Assembly: GCF_009914755.1 (NCBI RefSeq)
Contig: NC_060927.1
Source: the human T2T-CHM13v2.0 reference genome, Homo sapiens
Direction: 5' to 3' (one strand)
Length of the DNA stretch: 64,000 nt
Part shown: in pieces, positions 53,559 through 64,000 of the stretch
Layout: every line of letters begins with the position of its first letter
How positions within the stretch are numbered: the first letter of the stretch is position 1
Position numbers and translations under genes: made by a program
Notes under the pieces: generated by a model
Database searches by the model: none
Seen by the model: only the letters and a program-made list of their open reading frames with translations
What the model was told of the DNA's origin: nothing

Positions 53559-53659
53559 CTTGTGAAAAAGGACACCATGGCCTCGATCTCCATGGCCAAA
53601 TAAATAAAGGAAATGGAATTTCACAATGCATATTAGCACATTAGAGAGGCCGAGAGGTC
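53559..53659 (-). ncRNA. Candidate internal exon (101 nt) on the minus strand
   Basis: Very strong acceptor (long T-rich tract ...cttttttcccctgcag) and donor AAG|gtaatg flanking unique sequence. Confidence 0.45.
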
Positions 53660-53767
53660 CTGCAGGGGAAAAAAGAAAAAAAAAAAAAGAAAATAATGTG
53701 ACTTTGCTTGATTCTTTCTAAGTTTATTTGGCCATGTTTGGCTGTAGAATGCTGTCTTACACTAGAA

Positions 53768-54210
53768 TGTGCCAGAATCAGATCCTGAAATAAAGATTTA
53801 AGTGGAAGGAGTTTCATTTGGGAGGTGAATTTGTAGGAAGCACTATAAGGGGAGACAGAAAGTGAAATTGGAAAGGGCAGGACACTGACCTAGGGTATAT
53901 TAATAAGCAGATTTACCTCTGTGGACAGCTGGTACTCAATCTTGCTAGGGATGACTGGGAAGAACACACCTCAGAGGTGTTTACAGGAGGAGTGAGGATG
54001 CCGAGTAGCTAACAGCCCTCATTAATCATAAACCGAGGGTTGCTTCCAGGGGTGCTAACTCACTGGCATTTTCAGACTGCCCTGCCTGGCACCCCAAGAA
54101 CAACTTTAAGCTGAGACTAGCAGTTGCTTCCAACAGAGCACTTGAGTCATCATGCACAGAAACTGTGAGTGCTGACGAGAGACTAATGGGACAATGTCTG
54201 TTGCACAGAT
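53768..54210 (-). mobile_element. Old ERVL LTR (LTR16-like)
   Basis: cagaatcagatcctgaaataaagattt...tttgggaggtga...aggaagcact...ctcattaatcata...agggttgctt. Confidence 0.55.
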
Positions 54211-57200
54211 GTCCCCCTCTGCCTTTTTGTTTTTCATGGGGGACACCAAGTAATACCTGAGGAAGTAGTGCCTGAGGAACATAATTTGGAAAACAGAATG
54301 CCCAAGACATCTGAGCAGTTCCATGAATTTCAAGAAGCTATCATTTAGTTAGACATAAAGAGCCAACATTAGGCTATAGCTGGTCAAACTCCAAAAGGAA
54401 TTCCTGTAAATGCCAACAAATGACAAACAAATAAATCTCAAGGCTCAGCAGAAATAGCCCTGGAAAATCATAGCTTGTGGGATGCTACATCAGAAAGGCT
54501 TCTAAGGCTCCAAACTAAGAGCCAGGCTCTAACTTGATCTGTCTGTGAAAGAGGAAAGTCATCTTTCCCACAGCCAGAGGCAGGGAGAATGGCATAGTAA
54601 CTGAGCCTTATGGATGGTGACATTGACATCGAGCTATAAGGATCTTGCTCTTAAGGAACTTACATGTTAGTGAAGTCAGATAATGTCAACAAACCAACAG
54701 AGAAAATCATTGTAGCTGGTGGGATTATGAAGGATTATGAAGAGGATAATGAGGGAGAATGTAGCTGGCAGAGAATTACTTTAGGTTGAGTGATACAGAA
54801 TGGCATCTTTGAGGAGCTGAAATATGAGCTGGCACTGCCTTGATGCAATGTGTCAGAATGAAAGGCATCTCAGGAGGAGGAAACAGCAAGTGCAAAGGCC
54901 CTGCGATGGGAACAAGACTAGAATATTTGAGGAATGAAAAGAAGAACCTGCAGTATTATAAGTGAAGGGCAGGGTGAGATTAGAAAAGATTAGCAAAGGC
55001 TGCAGCCAGAAATTATTGGGTGGAAATTTGACACGTTTTGTCTTCCATTTCCTTGATCTTAAAAAACAGCTTTAAAAAGCATCTGAGAACATTTGGTGAA
55101 CACCCAGTGATGCTCCCACATTCCTAGATGTCTGAGGAACCCTCAGAAGGAAATCATCGAGGTCTTTCACCATGTGGCCATGCCAATTGTCTCATCCTGT
55201 TCTTCAGCATCTCCCATCAAGATCTCCAGTGGCCTCACAAATTACAACCAGTCTCTAAAAGCTGAATGTCAACCTGCCCTTCAAAGGCCCTGTGTCCCAG
55301 TGCCAAAAGGCAGTAGTTTAAAGAAACAGGGAACAGTCTTGCTGGGGCCTACTTCTTGTTGGAAGGAGTGTACAAAATCTGACCTTGCCAGTGGGTGGCC
55401 TCTATCCAGCCCTCAAGGCATCCTCCAGGCAGTTCTCTTGTGGAGCACTAGTCAGTGGCTCTGGAGGCAGGATTCCCAGTGGTGCAGCCACAAAGCTTCA
55501 CCTGGGCCTGGCCCCTGAGGACAATATTAAAGGATCTGTGTTGGGAGTGCAATTAGTTCTGTATGGAAAAGAAGGCTGATTCTTCACTCTCTGGCAAGGT
55601 CAAGGCCAGGAGAACAGACGGAAGGAGAGGGCAACTCTTGGTCTCTGGAGAGACAGACATCCTTGCAGAGATCTCTCATCCATGGGATCACCATTGGGGA
55701 CCTAGACAAACCTCATTTTTACATCACAAGAGGTTATTGGGTCCCTGGTATGTATTGAGAACTGAACTCATACAAAAATGAGTACAGCACAGGTTCTATC
55801 CTAAAGATGATGTCTTGCAGAAGGAAACATCTGACCACCTGGTAGTACCAGGCGGAATGAAATCTGTGTCAGAAGAGATGTTCAAACAAGAAACTTCAGG
55901 AGAGCAAGGGAAGAGAAATGAAAAGGCTCATTGGCTTTCTCTTACTTGATGGCAGTTAGTTAGTCCAACCAGAGGCATGTAGGACTACATGTGTCCCTTG
56001 TCACACTCTTGAGTTGGGTTTTTTCAGGCTGTGAGGAAGAGACCACACTATGTCAGATGATGGAGTATTATGAAGAGGAACAGGGAAGTGAACAGGACAG
56101 GAAAACAGCTTACGAGGTGCTAGAACAATGGGCCCTTGTCCCTCAGGCTACAATAACAGTTCTGAGAGCTGGGTAGTTTGACATCCCCTTCAAAGAAGCT
56201 TCGTTCTCCTGTCTTCACTACCTTTGCCTTTGGCTTTGGCTGTCCCCTTTACTTCTAGGTCCTTTCCTTGGTATCTTGTTTTCAACAACCCCCTAGACAG
56301 AAGCTCTATTTGAGTGTGAGCATCACCTCTTACTTATACTTAACCTTGGGCAGTTTGCTTCATCTCTGTGGGCCTCAGTTTCCTCATCTGTAAAAGGTGT
56401 ATATCAGTGGTACCTACCAGAGATGGATTTTATGAGAAATTTAAATGAGTTAACACAAGTAGACAGGACAGTGCTATTTTCATTAGATTAGGGTGATTAT
56501 CTCCCTTCCCACTAACTATAGCCAGGGTAGCAGGCTCTCTTGGGCAAACTCTGATGGTTTATGCTGTAGGTAAACTGGTGTCCATTTTCTTGAAAGGCGT
56601 TTGTAGGCATTAGAAGTATAGTATCTCCTGAGCTTAGAATCTCCTAGATCCTTTATTCTACATCACAGTATCCTTCAAAATAAATTTTAAAATGTTTAAA
56701 CCTTATTATAAAATAATATAGGTTCATTAAAATTATATTAAAATAGTCTAGCAAAAAGCAGATGAAAATCACAGAGTAGAGGCTATATGATCTTTATGTG
56801 CCTGCATCCCTCCCTTTTGGGAACCAATTCTCCTGATTACATAGCAATCCTGCTTGATCCATATGGTTTTCGTGGACATGACCCAGATGCAGGCATGGAC
56901 CAATGGACCAGACTCTCCTCTGGGACTTTTGTTGGAGCTACTGAAACATGATCTTTTCTTTTGGAACCAGGAAGACATATGATTAAGTTTGAAGCTTCTG
57001 ATGGTGAACAATAGAGAACAGCTTTCTGGATGGAGACAAAGAAGGGTGAGGAGTGAGAAATCCCCAAAGACAGAAGACCTGAATCTAGTCATATGGGAAA
57101 TTAGTAGCCTCTGTATATGAGCCAAGAAATTATATAAGGGAATATACTTTCTCTTATTTTATTTCTGCTTAAACTAGTTCCAGTTGACATTCTATTACTT

Positions 57201-57861
57201 GCAAGTAAAGCAATTTTGGCCAGCCTTCCAGAAGGAATGCCCCTTCCATTTGTATATACATCCTTTCAGTCTTTCTTTCCTCTTATTTTCTTGCATACAT
57301 AGTTTTTTTTTTTTTAACAAAAAGGGGCCTTGATCTACAAATTTTAACACTTTTTTCCTTCCTGATTCTGTTATAAAATTTACCACCTATGATTAGCATC
57401 CAAGTGTTTCTGAGAGAGGATACAGAACTTCTGCTGCCTCCCACCCCCACCTGCACCATCCTCTGCCCTGCAGGAAAAATTTCACAGGGCAAGAAACTAT
57501 CCCGTGGCATTTACTGATTGTCAGCTCCTTTCCTGCTCAGCGCTATGCTGCCAGATTGGAGACCCTCAGCTTTGGCAGACTTTGGTCTTAAGTCAGCTTG
57601 GACTCCTGCCTGGTCTTTCACAGCCCTTTCCTCGTAAAGTCTCCAAAATCAGCTTTTTCCATAAATATCTTACTACCTTTTTCTTAAGTGTAAAGAAATT
57701 TAAGGATGGGCCTATTATATATTAATAGTGATCTAGAGACACACTGCATGGGCAATAGTTTCAGGAATCCAAAAACAGATTCACAGAATATGTTCAGCTG
57801 CCAAATGACCATTTGGAGTTATGATCCTGTAAGAACATGGTAGGAATTATACCTGTGTTTT

Positions 57862-58145
<284 letters not shown>

Positions 58146-59099
58146 TATACCTGTGATTTCTAAAGAAAATCGGAGGCGAAGTAGCTTTTGCTTTATAATT
58201 AGCATGATGAGATAATGCAGGCTATAGAACATTTGCTAATAATTATGGTGCTTACTTGCTCTCCTTATAGCTCAAAAATAACAGCAAAGTTTGTTTTGCT
58301 AATCCCTCCCCTGGATTTGTGAATTATTTGTTTTTTATTATTTGAAGACAAACCAGGAAAAAAAAATCCAACGTGGGGGAGTTTTTCTAATACAGAACAC
58401 TCCAGTTGTCTTTGGATGTGGATGCCACACTTAATTTAATAACAACCAAAGCAGACCATGCTGGAAGCTCTAACAGAGGAATGTGTTTATAATGAAGGAA
58501 ATGACACAGGTCAGAAAACAAACATGGGCTTTGAAACCAAGGATGCTGGTCATTCCTGCCCCTCCTTATTCTGCTGGGTTACTCGGAACAAGTCACTTCA
58601 CCTTCCTGGATTCTGACTCCCCACCTGCCGCCTAGGGGTGACAATAATCCCTGCTCTGTTCATCTCAGGCATGAAGAAGAACAAAGGTGATAAAATGCTT
58701 TAGAATATTTTGATTTTTTATAAATAAACATAATGAACTATAATATTATTCTAATATTTAGATACCATTCTCCAGAATTTACAAAATGCTCACACATCTA
58801 ATAGACGGTGTTATTGCCACCCCATAGATCATAGATCTCAGCTCCTCAGAGGAGTGGAAAGAGATTCAGTTTTAGAGTCAGACAGTCAGGGATTTGAATC
58901 CCAGCTTTGGCTGTGTGACCTTAGGCAAGTTAGTAGCCTCTACGGTCTTGTTTACATCCTTTGTGAATTGGGGATGAGGTAACACTTTCCTTGTTGTCCC
59001 AAAACTTTCTGTTAGACAGCAGGTATGGATTCCTTTATTACAATAAGCACAAATACTCAAATCTTAGGGCCAGTTAAACAGATAAGAACAGCAATGACA

Positions 59100-59350
59100 G
59101 TAATATGGTAAGAGCTATCATTTTTGGAGCCTTTCACTGTCTTGGGTGCTTTTCTAAAACCTTCACACATATTAACTCAGTGACTCTCACAATAGCCCTA
59201 TGACGAAGGGACTGTCAGTCTCCCCACCTTCTAGGTGAGGAAACTCAAGCATGGAGGGGTAAAGTACCTTGCGCTAGGTTACCCGGCTAATAAGTGGCCC
59301 AGCTGGGATTTGGTGCAGGCTGTCTGGCTCCAGAGCCTCTCCTTGTAACC
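59100..59350 (-). mobile_element. MIR SINE, part of a dense MIR cluster at 58.5-60.3 kb
   Basis: aggtgaggaaactcaagcatggaggggtaaagtaccttgc...agctgggatttg...ctggctccagagc. Confidence 0.8.
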
Positions 59351-59463
59351 TTGATATGGGGCTGTCTCTCTAATTGCTAACTAACATTTATCACATGCTT
59401 ACTACATGAGTGTCACTCTTCTAAGTAGTTTATGTTTACAAACTCTTAATACTCTCACAAGCC

Positions 59464-59782
<319 letters not shown>

Positions 59783-59836
59783 TCACTAGCCCTAGATTAT
59801 AGCTACTGCTTAGTTGTTGTTTTGTTTTTTTTTAAA

Positions 59837-59967
59837 GGATGCCTAGTTGAGTTTGATTTTCAAATAAATGACAAATAGTTCTAAAAATATAGATATGTCC
59901 CATTGATTATTTATCTGAAATTAAAATTAAAACTAACTGGACATCCTGTATTTTTCCTGGCAACCCT
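59837..59967. mobile_element. MER53 palindromic MITE, partially deleted
   Basis: ggatgcctagttgagtttgattttcaaataaa ... tttatctgaaatt...aactggacatcctgtattt...ctggcaaccct. Confidence 0.8.
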
Positions 59968-62302
59968 GCCCTTAAATGATAAGGTGGGAACTAATCTAGT
60001 TCCCAGTCCTGAGTGGGCCTTAGTGAATGAGTAAGTGGTAACTCCTACCACTATTATTATTTTCAGGTCTAGACATTTGTTTTCAGTTGTTCCTCTAGCC
60101 CAAGTAAATTCAGAAGTTATACGCATAAATAGATTAACAATTATGAAAATGTTAATACCGTAGAATAATAGTATCTCTGTAGCTTTTTCACGAAGATCAG
60201 ATTATCTAAATGTAATCTCATGACAATCCTGTAAATTAAATATACTCATTTAATTAATGAGAAAACTGAGCCTCAGCGTCCTTACACAATTTGCCCAAAG
60301 GGCGTACAACTAAAATAAAGTGGATCTTCACATCTTCACCTGTAGTGAGTATGTGAGCCATGTTATTGCATACCAGGTTTTATAACGAAGAACATATTTG
60401 TCAAGATAGGAGTTTGGAGCCTAGCCTCAACTTCTATTAGTGGCAGAACACATCCTAAAACTTAAAGCACAGTCACCTAGAACAGTAAAACCAGTCAGTA
60501 TCAAAAGACGGAAAAGGCATCTTCAAAATCACTATTACATTTAGCAATAGGATTGTCAACATACTTGTTTATTCCTTGGCCCTGGTAATATTTTATGGTG
60601 CTATAATCCTCAGTGATATGTCTGTATAACTTCCATTTACTGAAAAGTTTTAATGTTCTAGACACCTTGGGAAGATCTTTACCATTCCATAACATATTCT
60701 TATGACAAATACATGACACACACATGCAACCATGCTCTTCACCCATGGCTGTTGCAGACATTACTAGTTGATTATGGAGCTGTTTCCCTTTGAGTCTGGA
60801 AGTGACTGCAGAATCCTTATATACACACATTACTTTGGGCAGCCACTATCGGTCGACTGCAGCTAACATTGAATGTCATACCTAGTAGCCACTTATGATA
60901 ATCTCCTCCTGCTCAATACCTTTATCTTTATAGCTACATTGAAAAAATAGTCAACTCTGAATGCTGTGTGATTAATGCTACTCTATAAGGACCATTTGGT
61001 AACTCCCAGAAATGGAATCCATCTGAGATGTGATGGTTCAGAGGCTGCAGCCTGCTGCAACCTAACTGCCACTTATAAAAAAAGAGGATGCACTGTGAGG
61101 AGCCTGGAGCTCTCTGCCACCAAGCCAGTTGCAAAGCCACCATTTCCAACATCTTGTGGTTGCTGTGATGGTCTGTTGCTTCCCCCAGGAGGAAAACTGC
61201 ACACTACTCTGTGCCAGCAGTGAGGCCTCAAGTCCTGCCTTTTCTTTGAGGGTTTAGGTTTCATTCTCAGACAGTGTTCTCATAGGCCAAACGACTGGGT
61301 TAAGGCTGGGAGTGCCCTTGGATCATGACACAGTACAGATTTAGGAGGGCCGTTACCCTGGCTTCCTAGGCCATAAACCAAGCCCAGTGGGTTCACCTCT
61401 TTGTGCCCCCAGTTCCCCAACCATCCCCCCGACACACTCTAGTCCACACATAATGATGCTTTTCTTCTTTCCCTTTCTTGGGAAGAGAATTTAAGAGCTT
61501 CATGGACACACCCAAGGCATTGTTAGTGAAAGTTCAAGAGGAGACAGTGACCTGGGTTAGGAATGAGCAGAATCAAAATTAGAGTAGGAGGGAAAAAAGG
61601 AAACATTATTCATTAAATCTACTGATTCCTAAGATAATAGGGTTTGTAGGCCTCTTGAATAGGACCCCCAAATTGTATAAAGTCCTCAGCTTCTCCCTGT
61701 CATTGTCAAAACCAGCCTAGCACCAGTTTATTAAGGTCAAAACACACCCCGAGAAAAGGGAAATGCTATTCAGAGTGAACAAATAAAGCAAAAATGTAAC
61801 AAGCTTGGGAAAGTAGACAAAGGGAACAGTAAATTGGAGGGGTACACAGGAGAGGAAAGGAAAACAAGTCAAGGGTCTAGAGCAGAAGGCCAGTGAAGGT
61901 ACATGGCACATGTGAAGGGCATTAGTGGTATGTACTACTCTGAAGAGCAAGAGTTGCATTTCTAAACACTGACATGTGTAGCAGCTAAGAATTTAGACCC
62001 TTAACATCTGGAGGCTGAATTCCAGCTCCCTCCTGTGAGTTTTGTGGCATCAGGCAAGTCACTTAAATTCTCTAACACTCAATTGCTTTATTTATAAAAT
62101 GGGACAATTAATAGTAACTCTCTCATGGTGCTCTTTTGAGAACTTGTCTAGCACCTAAATAAGGCAACAAAGTATGACGTTGCTATTATATGTCTCCAAT
62201 ACATTGCTAAAAATTTTGTAAGTTACAGAATATGATTAAATGATTCCATTTATGGAAACATTTTCTTTATACATAAATACATACTCACAAAAGAAAAAAC
62301 AA

Positions 62303-62909
62303 TGTTGTAGGATATAATAAATTCCTCTTCAAAGGTTTTAGCCTATAAATTGTTAAGTACAACGAGTTCTGGGATCCTCTCCAAAGAACCAATGTATCAG
62401 TATGTTCAGCTCCCCTGGTCTTTGTTCTTCATTTTAAAGTTTAACTTCCTCATTCTTTATGTCTCCTTGCCCCTAGTTTCAGTAAACAACCCCCTCCTAG
62501 CCTCTATCACCTAGCTCCATCCTGAGTCACCCCAGGTCACCTGCTCCATTCTGAGTCACTCCTAATCACCTGCTCTGACCTGAGTCACCTTTAGTTACCT
62601 GTTCTGTAACTCCTTCCCACCAAACTACTCACCCTGCCACTCCAGCTCATACCCCTGCTCTGTTTAAAATAGCCAATCAGAATTAGCTTAGACTGTGTGG
62701 TCCAACCCTAGCCAATAGGTGAAAGACACAGCAGTAGAGATTAGCTGCGTTAGGATAAGAACCCCTTCCCCTCCCTTGTTCAGTTGTGCTCTCACCATTG
62801 CTCAATCCACGAGACCCACCCTTCTATAGAAGTAAAATTGCCTTGCTGAGAAATTAAATTTACGTTCGAGTGCTATTTCTTTTGCGGCACCGAAAATTTA
62901 TTTCTAACA
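62303..62909 (+). mobile_element. LTR10-family (HERV-I) solo LTR with an AP-1 tandem repeat
   Basis: TG...CA ends; ctctccaaagaaccaatgtatcagtatgttca block; 29-bp repeat carrying TGAGTCA; two CCAAT boxes; ATTAAA near the 3' end; no clear TSD. Confidence 0.8.
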
Positions 62910-63214
62910 CCATAGAAGCCTAAACTCAAACTATTAACCATAGGGAACAGAAGTGATTTTTTTCTGCCTTTTATCTTTCTGTACTGTGTGGTATTTATCT
63001 TTATAATAAGCAGGTATTATTATAATAAGAAAATAAAGATACAACTGTAAAAGGAACAAATCAAATGACTACTGACCCTGAAGCATGGGGCATAATGTGG
63101 GGTCTCTAGGAGGACAGGCTGGCCAGGACATCCTTGACAAATAAACAGGTGCTCCCTGCCAAGGCAAGCCTAAAGGACAGAAAGGAAAATAAGACTTCTT
63201 GCTAGAAAGAATGA

Positions 63215-63642
<428 letters not shown>

Positions 63643-64000
63643 CCTTCCACCATTTTTAATGGAATAAGGTACTTTGTGTTGGCTTTCACAAAGATCACGT
63701 TTATTCCTCTGACCATGGCTGTGTCTGGCCTATACTTTAGGTGACTAAAGGTTGGGAAAACAGAAATTTCTCTTGAAAGAAAATTTAGAGTCTACTTGCC
63801 AAGTGAAGAAGAATTTATAGGGCCACCTTTGACTGAAGTGTTCTGAGCATTAGAAAATAATGGTGAAATATATAAAGACAAGCTTGCTGAATGGATTAAA
63901 GCTTTTGAACCTATAATTAACCCAAGAAGCTGGTTTTAATTGAATAGAGAGAGAATAGGGAATTTATTGCATTATTCTGGTTATAATGAATATTCATCAT

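Noticed and set aside
43283-54423. 17-mer taaatgccaacaaatga occurring twice
   Set aside because: No flanking similarity; one such AT-rich match is plausible by chance in 64 kb.
55756-55770. tgagaactgaactca, resembling the 5' end of miR-146
   Set aside because: Only 11 nt match, no hairpin partner, and it lies in an L2-like relic.
62500-62610. Regularly spaced repeats superficially like a CRISPR array
   Set aside because: Primate DNA, contiguous tandem units with no unique spacers, and no cas genes.

Overview
Primate (human-like) nuclear DNA, AT-rich and CpG-depleted, read as intergenic or deep-intronic. I could not identify the locus and found no protein-coding gene, rRNA, tRNA or CRISPR array. 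The supplied ORFs are Alu or L1 translations, low-complexity artefacts, or of lengths expected by chance. A large fraction of the window is interspersed repeat: 10 Alus, L1 3' ends, MaLR LTRs (THE1/MST/MLT1), an LTR10 solo LTR, another ERV solo LTR, DNA-transposon relics (MER3, MER20, MER53, MER58, Tigger) and many MIR/L2/L3 relics, often nested. Repeat family names come from recalled consensus sequences and need RepeatMasker/Dfam confirmation. The most notable structures are: (1) an L1PA carrying a short 3' transduction inside one TSD pair; (2) candidate exons of a minus-strand spliced noncoding transcript; (3) a polypyrimidine-CAG|GTAAGG site just downstream of a TATA-bearing LTR, which could be a recursive splice site or an LTR-driven first exon; (4) an LTR10 with three AP-1 sites at an exact 29-bp period; (5) an NF-kB/AP-1/GC-box cluster at about 38 kb; (6) a cluster of local duplications at 17-20 kb. 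The sequence alone does not demonstrate a new biological system; these are testable candidates.
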